Assembly: GCA_951406725.2 (NCBI GenBank)
Contig: OX597832.1
Coordinates: 35,836,001-35,900,000, forward strand
Direction of reading: 5' to 3'
Source of the DNA: Octopus vulgaris
Lineage: Eukaryota
Length of the DNA: 64,000 bases
Part shown: piece after piece, positions 38,557 through 53,159 of the stretch
How positions within the stretch are numbered: position 1 is the stretch's first letter
Layout of the letters: each line of letters begins with the position of its first letter
Translations under genes and position numbers: made by a program
The notes under the pieces: generated by a model
The model's database searches: none
Seen by the model: the letters and a program-made list of their open reading frames with translations, nothing else
What the model was told of the DNA's origin: nothing

Positions 38557-40589
38557 TTAACATTCTCATTTTCCTCCACTATTTAATATAATACTCTATT
38601 ATATGTGCTTTTATAATCTATACAAACCATTGCTAAATTCCTGTGTCTCCTTGATTTATCAATCAGCAAGTTGATCTTTTGTTCTGCTGCTGTTTTTATT
38701 TCAGCCATTTTTGTTCATTGCTTAGTGTTTGCTGAAGAAAGGGAAAAATAGTTTCTCTAATCATTCCAGTTTGTAATTTTCATATAAGTGGAAGACACAA
38801 TATTGAATGAAAATCATGCACTGTATTTCTGAATTGGCATTCTGCATAGTATATAACTCATGTCTTGTGAATTGGCAGAGCTTTTTGTCTTGAATACCTT
38901 GTGACATATGAATACGAGGTCAGCCATTGGCTTACTGTAAGGTATAACTACTGTAAGGTATAACTATAACTTTTGTCTTGGCTGATACAGATGGTGTCTC
39001 CATAAAAATAGTGATGTTTGCACAACCCTAAATTTACTAACATCTTTTTTTTATAGTGATGTATAATGACAAAATATTTGGTTGATTGAAAAAAGGAACA
39101 AAATCAGTTTGAACTCCAAACACAAATATTTATTGTTAAAAAAAATAAACTGTCATTGCAATGATGACATAAAAGAGATACTTACATCAAGTGAGCCAGC
39201 TCTTGTGTATCTGTGCAAGATGTGTGTCAACAATGGTAGTTGATCATTGAAGTCATCACATACCACAGTTGAGTGACTGACATAAGTTTTTGCAGTAAGT
39301 TGACTTCAGATGTATCATCACCACTGACTAGTTTCAAACACACACTATCTACCATGGCCTCTCAATGACATTCCAATATGTTGTTTACAACAATTGGCAT
39401 TCTAATGAGTTAACCATCTGCTAGATCTACTGCATTTTTGCCAATCAGCCTAATTACTGATAAAATGAAGTTCCTTATGTGTTTTAGTTGCTTGCTGACG
39501 TTCTCAATCTTTGGATAAAAACCTGTTTGATGTTTACATTTAGTTTCATATCTTGGGTTTAATTCCTAGGCACTGTGTTTGGGAGTCTGAAAATATTCCT
39601 ACAGATGCAAAAGTCACTTGAATTGGCACAAATAACAATGTGACGGAGACTAGAATTCTGAATGAAGGTTCCTGACCCGGTGGAGTTTGTGTGGAGAGTC
39701 AGGCATTATGGAACCAGCAACCAAGCTACTGCACACACAATAAATAGATTCAAGAAGTAAATGCAATTGCTATTATTGAAATAAGTTGATTGATTGATTT
39801 ATTGCCTGAAGAAATAAGGTAAAGGATGAAAGTAGATATGCAGCTGACAAATGATGATAATGATTGGAACAAGACAAAGAAGATGAGAAAGTAGAGAATG
39901 GTACTGAAGAGGATGCGGAATTACCAGAGGAAAGAGAAATAGTTAGGAATAGTGATTGTAAATTAAATGAAGATGATCTAATGAAAATGACATAGATAGT
40001 TGAAATTATAGAAAACAATTACTTTGGTGGGTACAAATTTTTCAGAAATGTTGAAATAGATTGAATGAATGTGATCATGAAGATTAAACTCTATCATCAA
40101 TGTAAATTAAAGAAGCAGTTTGTTAAGGGCTGCCTGAACATGTGTAGCAAATAAGATAGGTTACAAAGCAGAACACTATATAGAATTATCCATGATGGAA
40201 AAGAAGAATATTAGGAAATAGAGATATGCTGGGGGTCTATAAGTAAATGTACCGCTATAATCCTATACATACTGCTTCCTAACAATATTGCTTTGCAATC
40301 CAGAACATCTCAAGAAATAGGCAAATTTCTTATTTTTGGTTTCTCACTTGCTAAATATATTCAACATTTCATTTATCTTTTTGCTATTTGGTATTGTTCT
40401 CTGCTTCCTCTTTCTTCCACACTATTAGCTTTTATGCTTTTATGTACAATAGTATTCCCCTTCTATATCATCATGTATACCTGGAATTTTGCATCTGCAA
40501 CAGACAGCATATTGTCAACTAGCATTTCTTGAACCTACAACTAGTTCAAGTCACCTTCACTTTCCGTATCTTCCTTTTTTTGTATTGTC

Positions 40590-40870
40590 TTGTATTCCTG
40601 GGTGAGTCTAGCTTTTACTCTGAACTGAAGAGTAAAATATATGACATCTCTGTCCAATATGATATGGACATTGAAAGAAGGAAGAGTAAGCATCCCCCAG
40701 ATAATATGGAACATTATTGCCAAAACCAGAAAATACAGGGAACGGGGTACCAAATGTGAAGATTGTATTATTGAAAATCTAAATATCATCCTGTCAAAAG
40801 ATAGCATCTTAAACATTAGGGATGACACCTCTCACTACATACGCAAGCAATATTTCACACTCCAACATTT
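40590..40870 (+). mobile_element. Penelope-like element endonuclease (GIY-YIG) C-terminal relic
   Basis: ORF 40641-40913 TSLSNMIWTLKE...IIWNIIAK..KY....KCEDCIIENL.I......ILN.R resembles the PLE motif T.LS.HIW.LK...I.W.II....Y.....C.LC..EK..I......LN.R. Confidence 0.7.
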
Positions 40871-41330
40871 CAAAGAGGAACCATCACCTACTCTGCCAAT
40901 CCCACCAGGATAGTTTCTTTTCCTGAACATGAACATTGATTATATACAACATACGCACTCCACACACACAAAAATATACGTGTCTCCCTGATGAACTCCT
41001 CCAACACACAAACATATGAACATTATAATTACTCAGAATATAATGCAAACAAATTCATCATCCAGCACAATTTTTTCCCCAAAAGTCAAAGGCAAGGGAG
41101 ATACCACTCAAAAGGTTCATCCAAGAATAGCATCCCTTGATTTCTTGTTTTCATTTGGTGACTTTATTGTGAATCCCTGTGAAGTTTTGTATTTTCATCA
41201 AAAAATGAGACAAATACCATTTCTCCATCTGATTGGCTTGAAAAACTGTTAAAACATTAAAATATTTTCTTAACAAGACATGGTAGCCTTAATCACACAC
41301 ACACACACACACACATACACACACACACTC

Positions 41331-41862
41331 ATTAGGACATCTCACAAATAATGCATTTTATCAATTGCATGAGCTAAAAGACGGAGTGGGACAGGATAAA
41401 CTACCTGCTCAACTTGATATAAAAATAGGTAGTAAGTTTTCTTGGCCTTATTCTTAGTGCAAGTTATAAAGAGTGCAGTTCGATTTTAACAGTTATTTTT
41501 TCAAAGCTATAATGGAAGTGACAAAGGAGCATATTTGGTATATTTTGTTTTAAGAGTACAATAAAGGCAACAAAGCAATGGAATGTGTGAGGAATATTAA
41601 TTCAGTATATGGGAATTAGAAAATAAGCATATGTCAGCGTTACCGGGGGTTCCTGAAATTCTGAGGTGGAAACTACAGCCTAGAAGACAAGCTTCGTCCT
41701 GGAAGATCTGTGGAGTTCGACGAGGACATCCTGCAAACCCTGGTGGAACAAAATTCCATCATAACTGTTGAGGAACAAGCAGAGAAGCTTGGATTTGGTC
41801 ATTCAACCATTCATCAACAACTGCGAGTCATCGCAAAAGTCAGCAAATTGGGTCAATGGGTT
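41331..41862 (+). mobile_element. mariner 5' half (TIR plus HTH region)
   Basis: MEVTKEHIWYILF*EYNKG...GNYSLEDKLRPGRSVEFDEDILQTLVEQNSIITVEEQAEKLGFGHSTIHQQL...KLGQWV. Confidence 0.85.
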
Positions 41863-42109
41863 TTATCTAATATGTTTGTGGGAGGTTTCCGCAACATTTT
41901 CTGTTCCACACGTGGTAAATAGTAGTAACACACATGGGGGAATTTCGACTATCCCCACATGGTGAATTGTAATGCAAAAAGAAATATAAAATAAAAGAAG
42001 GAAAATGCACACATTTTACATAGTTTCAATATATTTAAAAAATATATTTTATATTGTGTTTGTCGATCGGTTTTGCTTTCACTAAGCATAAATTCAGTAG
42101 AGACATACA

Positions 42110-42356
42110 TGTGATGTGTGTGTGTGCATGCTCTTGTCTGCTTGCTTCAACATTATGTGTCAGTTGTAAATGATTGTGTCAGTGTCATGTGAACAATGTC
42201 ATTCGTTTCCAATATTCTACAAAATCATGTCTGGCCTTGGGAAAAATATTACCTTGATTGGGAATCGGTGCAAGTTGTAGAGAATCTGCCTCTTGTGAGC
42301 TCCAACTGTGAGCTCCATGCAAGCAAGGAAAATGGATGTTAAAGTGATGATGATGA
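42110..42356 (+). mobile_element. Degenerate SINE or retroposon with RTE-like tail
   Basis: Ends catgcaagcaaggaaaatggatgttaaagtgatgatgatg, like the RTE tails in this window. Confidence 0.5.
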
Positions 42357-45300
42357 ATATAAAGGGACTTATATATGAAATGCATTTTGTTTGGCACCCT
42401 GTTAATTTTGCTAAGCTTAAAGTAAGATTTGAGGCAATTATCCGTGAGAAACCCAGAAAACTCTCTTGAAACATAAACTTCAATGTTTTATTAGAAATCT
42501 TCCTCTCTGTAATTTGATGTGTTAACAATTGGAATGTTCCAGTGAAAGTGTGACCCTGTTTCTGTATTTTGCATTTTTGAAAGAACAAATCACAAACCTG
42601 ATCTGATTTGACATTTATAGGAAAAAAAATTAAAAAGCAAGACGGCTCTGTTTTTTTCTAAATATTGTCTGGAAGAGAAGAAAAGAACTAAATTGATGTT
42701 TCTACCTGTCAAATTCTGCTGACTTATAAGTTTCCTTGAGAAGATTACCTACAATAAATTAATGGTCTGGATTGCTTTATTTTTTATAATAATTTTATTT
42801 TTGTTGTCATCATCGTCCTTATCATCATCATCATCATTGTCATCATTATAATCATCATCAAGAATTTTTTTTGTGTGTTTGTCTAAACAATTTATTTTGA
42901 TGTCCATTGCTGGTAAAGCTGGAATGTTTCTAACCTTGAAATTGACCCACATCTGAAAATCTGTCACTTATTATTGAATGATAGTCTACTAGTAAAATAG
43001 ATATTTCTGATTTACGTAGTGATGGTGATGATAGTTGGTCGTGACAGTGGTGGTGGGATGGCCATAACGGTGGTAAGCATTATCATCTGTTGAATCAATT
43101 TTACTGTCAATTATTTAGAGTAGGTGGTGACTATCAGGCCCTTCTGGCCAAAATTTATGGCAGAAACTGAACTCAGTACTGTCATCTAGTGAATTAGAGA
43201 GGTTTCTTTCTTGCAGCTAAGTCATGTAACCACATGGTATCTACTTGTAGCTAAGTATACTAGGCTATTGAAAGTAACATCCTTTTGACAGTAAAGCACT
43301 GTTCTTGAGATTTGAACTAGTGATCCTTTAACTCATGGATTACCAATACTTTTGACCCCACCAGCTAGAATATTTTTCTGTTGTGTAAGAGAATCAAGAG
43401 GTTGTGATATTTTTGTCTTTCTCAAGATGTGAAATGGCTCCAGCTGAGCAACAACTAATAGACTACGAAATTTGCAACAGGCAAAGTTTATAGTCCTTCC
43501 TGAATATTTACTTGGCTACTTCTGTACTGCACGTTCATTTATTTAAAGAAAGACCATAACAACTCAACAACAATGACAATTGAGTACAATGCCAGAATGA
43601 AGTGTAAACAATTTAAGAATTTATAGAATCATAAAATAATTAGTTTATCATTTTAAAGTTTTTGTTTTAAAATAACAATTTTGTGATAAACAAAACCTGA
43701 ATGTTTTAATACAATTAACTGTGATATCAACATTTTTGTTTAATAAACAGTGACCACCATTGTGATTTAGTTAAATGTGATGTCAACTTTTGATATATCT
43801 GTTTTATTTTCCTATCTTTGCACAGTTTCTTCTTTCTGTCTCATCTGCAGCTCCTACAATTGCCTCCGTCTCTCAGAACCAGTTACCTATACACCCTTGC
43901 ATACAGCTCGCCCACCCAACTCACTCATTTTCCCCTTTACCATTGGATCTTGTACTAGGCTCTTTGTCCAATCCTTTTACCCTACACTACAGCCCACTGG
44001 AATCTTACCACCATCACTGAATAGTCATCATGAATCGCATCAGTCTCACTAGTCTGGGAGAGATTGCAATGAATACGAGCATTGATCCTTTACTTCTAAC
44101 TAAATTGGATGGTCAACGGAATCTATTGTCTTTGAGTGACTTCAGTTGTCCCAGTATGTTAGGAGTGATTATCAGGATACACTTGAATTTGAACTTGTGA
44201 TACTCTGTTTCCTCTTGCAGCATCAGTGATGGTGTCTTCCCTCCATACCACCAAATAAAAATACCAATGATGCCTGCCTTTATTTACCTTACTAAGTCTT
44301 AAAAACTCAAGTGGTTTATTGTGAGATTAAGTTCATTTCACATCTATGACACACAGTGTGGAACTACGACATGACTTCTACCTTAGCACATGGCTAAAGC
44401 CTCAAGAGGGAAATTTGGTAGATGAGAACTGAGTGGACACTGACAGAAAGGTGATTTCTACTCTTGAGTGACAGACTTAATCCATCACCCAATTTAACAC
44501 CACCAGGTACCTTTAGTGGAATCTCCTTTGTTATAGATATACACTCGAAGTCTATACATCATCTTTCCTCTCTTCCTTCTTCCACTAGTTTTAGGAACTT
44601 TGAACTGCCATTTTCCTTCTCATCAAAACCATAATAATAATAAAAATGATTTGAAATCAAGAAACTCATTTTCCTTAACATAAGCAATTATATTTTTAAT
44701 TCTCTCATTAATTCATTATTTTCTTTTCATTAAAATGTGTCTCATTTACTTTATTCCAAATGTTCAATTTTCTCACTAATCCCACCTTAAACTGCCATAA
44801 TTAATGGCCAGTATACCTGACTGCTGCACATAAAAATTGGTTGAAATGATTTACTTTGCTTTAAAATGAAAAATGTGGTTCTTTTGTATTATTTGTCTTT
44901 TCAGACATTAACAACTTAGCTTCGATGTCAAATATTATATAATATTCAGGGGTGGTTTCATGCACACATTTATTAACTAACTTAAATATTGGTTGTTTGT
45001 ATAAATATAATGCTAGTTACAAGATATGAATGTTTATTATTTTTGTGTAAAGTTCTGTTTCATTATTATTGTTGTTGTCACATTGTGATCATCATCATCA
45101 TCATCATCATGATTGTTATTATTAATTATTGTACACTTTCCTCAGCAGCCTTATGTTCATTTCTCTTCAAAATGAGACCTTAGTTATAACATTACTAAAT
45201 TAAATTTTCTTTCGAGTACATTAGAGAAAGAATAAAAATTACTTGAGTAAGAAAAGGAAAAGCCTGTCCTGAATTTCTTGAAGGTTGATTAAAACAGATT

Positions 45301-47645
45301 TGTTTTCATAGACATTTTCTACATGCTTGGTATTTCCATTTTCAAAAATATCCACTAAACACAAATACAGTAGATGACAAGACACCCCAACAACAAATAG
45401 AAATAAGAAACACAAACAAAATTCACTCAACTGAATGAACAATAAGAAGAAAATGAATGGACATTTAAATGGAAACTTAATATTCCAAAACAGTCTAACA
45501 GGTAGTGTTGACATTTATACAGTCAAACAATCTAAATTGTCTGTGTATTAACTGTATTAAACCTAATTGTACTCCAATTCTAACACAAGCAGAATAGAGT
45601 TTTTAAGCTTAACAGTTTCAAGTAGAGGGAAAAAATAGTTGGGAGAATTTTGTAAAACCCAGTGATGCTTCTTAGTTGTAGAATCTTAAAAAGCAAAGGA
45701 AAATAATCATATATTGATGCTTTAGGAAAAATTGTTCTTGACTGAATCTATGCTCTTAACAAGAAACGCACTTAGTGATATCTTAGTCCAACTGGAAAAG
45801 ATTATGGCACATTCGACTGTACTTTCAAAACTGCGACTGAGACAATTGACGGGTTGATGTTACTAGAAATACTTCTGCTTGCACACACACACACACACAC
45901 ACACACAAGGTAGAGAAGAAGCAATGAAGTGGGCAGCACTGAAAATTGTGTTAATTCATCTCAACTTTGGCCTTATGTCAAAGATTTAAACTTATTAGAA
46001 ACTGTGATGATGAGAGGATAAGAATTTAAAAGATGACTGTTTGATGTTGAAAGCAGAACACAGACTAATGAATGAGAACTGAAAAGATTCAATGGAAATA
46101 CATTCTGAATCAATATTAAAGGAAGATGTGAAGGGCAGAATCAAAGACATATTTGTGGATTCAACTGCAGGCTTCTCAAGTTAAGAATCAACTGACAGCA
46201 TAATCATCAAAGATAAACCTTTAGAAAGTTTTGAAACTGAACAATGATATCCTTGGATTTCTGGCTGGAAATATCTGTATGTGAAAGGGTCAGCCCTCTG
46301 GTGGCCAACAAACACGTCAGAAAGGATCTCCAACTGAATTTTTAAAAACAACTTCATCAAGACTTTCGTGTTTTGAAACCAAAATTTGGTATGATTGTTT
46401 TGATATTATAGATTTTGATATGAAAATAGCACTGTTTAATGAGAACAGAAGCCAAAAATCTCTTTCTGTTCTCTATCTTAAAAAAAAAATACTAGATGAG
46501 GCTTTCATCTCAAGACTGAATTTAAAACTTAGTGATACTTTCTTTTTCTTCATAAGATGTTAATCTCATGTTGTGCTAGCATTCCCAACGGCCATTAAAG
46601 ATCATTAAGTCAGTCATTCACACCTAATGGAAAATATCCACTGCTGGCTGCCATCATTTCCCACAGAAAAAAACATTCAGTTAAACTAGAAATCAGAATA
46701 CTTTAAAAATGCATGCAGAAAATAAATATCACCGTGGAAATTTTTTTAGAAGATTTCCACTGAAAATGTAGTAACAAAAGAATTATCAAATTAAATATTG
46801 ATACAATTCCTCAGTTCAGTATCTTTCTGAGATGATTTTTCTGCAATTGAATAAATTTTCAGTGAGAATAATATTAAAGCAAATATTAAATTGAAAAAGT
46901 ATTTTTTTTTTAAGATTGTTCAGTGCATAATCTATTATAACAAGTAAATATCAGTATCCAAATATATATTCAATTTTCTATATTTTAGCTATGACATTTT
47001 CATTACATTTAAGTAAAGCAAAGATAATTGCTGTCATTTTAGAAGATACTAGTACATAAGTTTTATACTAGTTTTTTTTTTTCAGGTGCATAAGACTCTC
47101 ATGGCAAATATATTTCGAACAATGTCATTATTATGTTTTTGGTTTCGAATGTCTTTCTAGTTTTTCTCATTTCTTTAGCATCCATTTGAGAATATTGCAA
47201 ATGCAACTTATTGGCTGAGGCAACGAGAGTACTGAGATGCGTATAATTTTATTTTTGCATTTAATTCTGTTTTAAGTATTCATTTACATCTCTGATATTT
47301 TTTCTGAACTTTTTCATTTGTGTGTGTAATACAATATCCTGTTCATTGATTCTTCAATATTTGTCCCTGTTTTCCGCTCTTCTCATTTCTCCATCTTTTT
47401 TATTTAACATGCCTCGAGTGTTCTTCATTAACTTTTTTTTTCTTCAGGGTTTCTTTAGTCCTTTTCTCTAAGCCAAATATCTTATCAGTTCCTCTTATAA
47501 TTCCATTCTTTATCTGCAACAGTGTTTCTTGCTTGTTTACCATCTGCAGTGTACAAACGAAGCTCCATTCGCTTCAACACGTTCAACAGTGGATGAAAAA
47601 CAACCTGTTTCCAGAAGAGCAGAAAAGATACTGAAACTGCTCTTA

Positions 47646-48013
47646 TAGTTGTAAAGATCAATCACTGATGAATAAACCATCAATCAAAGATTGTAAAAGG
47701 GAAAAGAAGAGGTTGGGAATGGGTTAAAGTGAAGGGGAGATGTCTCCTTGACATATTCCTCTGTTAATAGCGATAGATTTAGCTTCTTAGTTACCCTTTT
47801 CCTTGTATCAACAGAATGATTTGACAGTTACCATGACACAATGTATCTGATTATTATTGGTGCAACCTTACATATGGTTAATGTTTCCAAGATCTGTGTG
47901 TGAGAAATGTTGTCAAAAACCTTTTGCTAGTCAGTTCATGCCATTCTCAAACTCTTTTCTTTTGCAGTCTTTGATTGATGATTTATTCATCAGTGATTGA
48001 TGACTTACAACTA
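47646..48013. repeat. Inverted repeat, arms 47646-47722 and 47941-48013 (MITE-like)
   Basis: atcaatcactgatgaataaaccatcaatcaaaga versus tctttgattgatgatttattcatcagtgattgat. Confidence 0.8.
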
Positions 48014-51000
48014 GTTTTCCTTGATATTTTATTACTTTCTCTGATATTATTGCAGTTAAGATTTTGTACTTTCTAGAAAGGCTTTGTATTCTTGGAGGCT
48101 TTCAGCCTCTGTAGTATTGGGTTGCATGATGGAAATTTTCCTTCATCAAGCCATTGTCTGAAGATTTTGAATCTTATTAAGCATTTTTACTAGAACTTTA
48201 TATGACCCTGTTAAATGTTTCAACCAGGAGTTAATTGGGCTTCTGTCTTCAACTGGAACATAAATTGGTGGGAGAGAGTCTCTATGTAGTGGACAAGCAA
48301 ATGGCTTCTGGTTCTGGGGGTTTGAGGTGAATATGAAAATAAACTTTCCTGGACTAAACATCTTGTGTTAATATGGTGTCCCAACATTGCTCAAGTGCTG
48401 TGTTCATTGCTTTGAAGAATCACAACTGCAGTGCTTCTATTGTTGTTCATACTCCTTCTCAGAATTAAAAAAAATTCTCTAACTGAAGAGACTGTTATTT
48501 TTAGCTACTACTTAATATAATTGATTTATGTTATAACTGAACTTGTTCATTTGTTCAAAGAAATGCTATCCCTTTTCTGCTGCATTTGCTGGGGCTTTCC
48601 TCAGGATTCATTTGATAAATAATATTAGTACAAAAGAGAGCTGTTGAAATGAAATCTTACTTCATTATCTGAATCTGAAATAGAAAAACATTATGACTGC
48701 TGCATAATTTGTAAATTTTATAGAATTATTGAGCTCCATCTTTTGATTTTCCACGTAGGATCAAATAAGGAATTTTCAACTCTGTTTTGAGAATAAAACA
48801 ATTAAAAAGATAATATTTTTATAGTAAATGAAGTTTCGTTCACTGCACATTTTCTGATTTAATTTCATGGTGTATTTCAATAATTATATATTTGAGACAG
48901 ATAAGTGATTAGTGGTTAACAATTCAACTTCTGGCTCACCAAATAATTAAAACTCATAATTTTAGCCATCAATAATTCTTCAATTGTGCTATAAATCTAC
49001 AAGCTTGATTGATAGCTTCATCTTGGAAGGATGGTTATTAGCACTATTATCACCATTCTTTACTTTCCTTCATTTTCTACATTATTTCAAGCAACAGATT
49101 CTTCAACACTCTGCAAACAGCATATTTCAAATTTCTCAGAAACCCAATATTGATCTATTTTCTGCCTCTTCAGTAAAATACATCTCATTAGATGAAAAAC
49201 AATAGACCTTGTATAAAAAAAATACATCATAAAATGAATTATGAGTATAATTAATAAAATCATTTATATTCTTATCTCTCAGAAATTTTAAGCAAACATG
49301 AAATGACATTTAAAATGTCTGCTCGCTCTTTAAAATACATTAAATATCTTTTCTGTAAAGCAAATTAAATGGCTTTAATTTCAAAGCTCTAAAACGATCG
49401 AAAGAACTGAAAAACTGAAAGACATATTTTTTTTCTGAACCAACTTCTTATTTTATTCAATTTTGGAAGCATACAAAGCAAATATAAGGGAGATCTACAA
49501 ATATAGCCACTCCACATTACCTCTGCTAATGTAAGGCAACAAAAACAAACAAATGCACCTATTTTCACAACTTTTCATTGCTATCATCAAATATTTGAAC
49601 TTCATCATTCATGAACAATGATTTTCACTCACAATCAAAATAGCTTTACAAAGTAGTTTCGACATTTTTGTTTATACTTTTTAATAATTCATTTTTATTT
49701 TTGTTTCCTTTTCTCTGTTGTAAATCTAAAAAGTATTTTAATTGCTTTGTAATAGAAAGATAAACACTGTAGAATTTTTAAAATTAATTAAAGAAGGAAA
49801 TAAGAGTGTGAGAAATACTAAATAAAACAGGTGTGGAGTAGTTTGGAATCGATAGAGTTAAAAAGATCATTTCTATACATGTTTTATTAAGGCAGCTCCA
49901 AATATGGAGAAAGAGATTGTCAGTTAGAACTGTTAAAAATTACAGATCAACAGCCATGTTGGCTACTTATCTGGATTCTGCAATAAAAAATGATGTAGAA
50001 AGGTTGAGAATAGATTCTATGAGTAAATCTTGTAAAACTTAATAAACCCATTTTTTAGTTTGATAATTTATCATTTGAAGAAATATAGTTGTAAAATATC
50101 GCCTTAAATTTTTTTAATTAAATTTTTTTTTTATCTCATTTTCTCTCATTTTTTTAAAATTCAAATATGTGAATATTTTCAAAGCTATAAAAGAAGAAAA
50201 ATATTTCAAGATTGGATACATAATTCAGGAAAAAGAGTTCATGTTTTCTTTTGTAGAAATTTTTTTTATAAGCAAAGAATAAAATTATTTGATGTGAATG
50301 AAATGATGGAATCGTTTTTAGAGGTATGAGTATAAAGTTTAGGGATGTTCCGTTTGTAGAATCTGTTAAAAAACTGGTTTAAACCACGCATTTCCAGTAA
50401 GTTGGGATTATTTTATAAAGTTTGACCAAAGTTGAATAAGAACAAAACACAATGGCAGCAGCAACGTGCTAACAACAACAACAGCACAAAATCTTCCTCA
50501 TAAATATAAGTATTTGTCTTCTAAAAAAATGTTACTCTGAGTCAAAAACTAGTTTACTCTATCAAGTGAGGTAACCTCTACTAAAGGTTCAATACTGTGT
50601 CAAAATATAATGCCAGGGTATCCTTTGGGAAAAGCAAAAGTACTCTTAATTTCTGCTAAAAGAAATTGTAATTCTTACCTTATCTGCCCCAAAGAGTACT
50701 CTAAACTGGAATAGTTCTCTTTAATAAAGCAAACACAAAGCTACTGCTTAGGAAGATATTTACTCTTTGCTTTGAAGAATAAATAAATATATAAAACAGA
50801 GAAAAGACAACTTGAAAAATGAGTAGAAAAGAAAAAGATTTATTGAGATGTAAAGAACTAAAGTTGAATGGTAAAACAGGAGATTCTTTAGATATAATCA
50901 AAGATTATAGCAAGCTACTACAAGCTGGGTGACCCATAAGTAACTTATATAAGATGTAAACCCACATTTACCCTTTACAAAGAGGGTAACACAAAATATC

Positions 51001-51502
51001 TTGTCACCTGCACACAGTATATAACAGGAAACATGGAATAAACTACAACGACATCCCCTAAACAATGCATCTGATAGAGAAAGGGAATTTTGTGGTCAAA
51101 TATTGTTGGTCCTTAAAAAGAAATAGACATCAACTCATTTAGCCCCTTGTCATTGAGACCCTGAGATGGTTCCATAATGGCTTCCTTCCTGCAACTGTGA
51201 CAACTAATCTGTGTTGCTGGACTTTGCACTGGATCACAAATAAATTTCAGAAATGAACTCTATTATTGGGACCGAAAGGACACAGGGATATGAAATGAGA
51301 TGGAGAAAAAGATGAAGTTATTTTACTATTGTGTATATTGTATGTAATAATGGAAAGGGATAGAATATTTGAATGTTGAGATGACAAATACTGCCCTTCA
51401 CTGACTTGTGACAGTACAGCGGTGTGGAGTAGAGTGAAGTGCAGAAGACTAGAGTATAGTAGTGTATAGTAGAGAACTATACAACAGGGTAAAGCATGGT
51501 AC

Positions 51503-51826
51503 AGGAGAGAGTGACTGGCACTCCATTGGTTGTGATGACGAGGGTTCCAGTTGATCCAAATAACAGAACAGCCGGCTCATGAAATTAACAGGCAAGTGGT
51601 TGAGTATTCCACAGACACGTGTATCCTTAACGTAGTTCTCAAAGTGATTCAGTGTGACAAGCCTGGCCCCCTTTGAATTACAGGTACTACTCATTTTTGC
51701 CAGCTGAGTGGACTGGAGCAATGTGAAGTAAAGTGTCTTGCTCAAGGACACAAGGCATCACTGGGAATCAAAATCATGACCTTATGATTATGAGCTGAAT
51801 ACCCGAACCACCAAGCCACATTCCTT
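51503..51826 (-). mobile_element. tRNA-derived SINE
   Basis: Minus strand tggcttggtggttcgggtattcagctca...ttttgattcccag...ccttgagcaagacactttacttcac. Confidence 0.75.
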
Positions 51827-53126
51827 CACACAGAGAACAGAGTACAGTTTGGTATACAAGCATAGAGTATAGTTTAGCACAGTACTTTAATATGGTAGAG
51901 TACAGACTGAATTCTAGGATCCAAGGTTTCATGTTTAAAGAAGTGACTGAATGGATAATCCCAGTGACAAAGATCCCAACTGGATTGTATGTTTAATAAT
52001 AGACAGAGCTGGATGTAATACAATTTTAAAGAGCAATAACAAACAATTTTTTGATATTTAATTTCATGTCTTCAAAGAAATGTATATAAGTTATACAGGT
52101 AGCAGTATATTCGATTACTATAAATATATCATATATAGGCATCAGTGCTTTTGAAACTATGAATAAAGGATATATAGGTCATTGTGCATTCAATACTATA
52201 GTTATTATGTAAAGTGTTACACAGTGAACACTAGCACACCGTATCGTTCTCACAACTGAGATGCTGCTGCTTTAACTGATGCTGACACCTAAAGAAAGGC
52301 CACTTATCTGATTCACATGAAGTCACTTATCATTACACTCCAAATTCTGGTGCACGGACACACTATCTCCTCTTTTTGTCTTTCCTATTGCTACTACAGC
52401 AACTCCTGCTCTTTAGAGCTGGTTGATCTCATGCCACCTCCACTAAGGTGCTTCTAATTCACTTGTCTCTTCTCTTCTCACTAAACACTCTTTCCTCAAT
52501 CATTCTTTCCCCAAACATCATTTATCTAGAATTGCCTCCAATACTTTTCCTGAAACTGTCAACTTACAACTACTCAAGAGGAACATTAGCCGTTGGTCTC
52601 TTTGAGATTGCTTTCAACCTTTCAAAACTTAACACATTATGTACTTTGGTTAATTTCTGTAAGTCTGACAATTAACCTTTCTTCAAAAATATATCAGATT
52701 AAATCACGTAAATTAATAATTCACAGAAGCTGTTAAAGAATTTCTAAAATCTCAACTAAAAGGTTTGCTTGTATTAAACAATGACCAGTTTTATATTGAG
52801 GCTAGAAGTAGACAAGAGAATTAAATATTTTCAAGAGGGATTTATAAAATAATAATTGAATAATGAAGATGGAATTAAAACTGAAGATAGAAATAGTTAA
52901 GGGGTTAAAATAAAATCCATATTTCGCATGTGTTATATTATAAACCAATAACCACGATACCTAAAAGACAAGCAGCAGCTGTAACAGCAGCCGCTACTGG
53001 TGGCATAGACATTATTGCTACAATGATAAGATCTGTTGTTCATAATTATATAGAGCTTATCTTTGTTTCCTGATACATTAATAGGTTTTTTGAAGTATAA
53101 GAATATTAAAATAAAGCTTGAAGATG

Positions 53127-53159
<33 letters not shown>

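Noticed and set aside
47520-47650. CpG-containing exon-like segment
   Set aside because: Plausible splice sites exist on both strands and several frames are open, but no peptide is recognisable, so the call is ambiguous.
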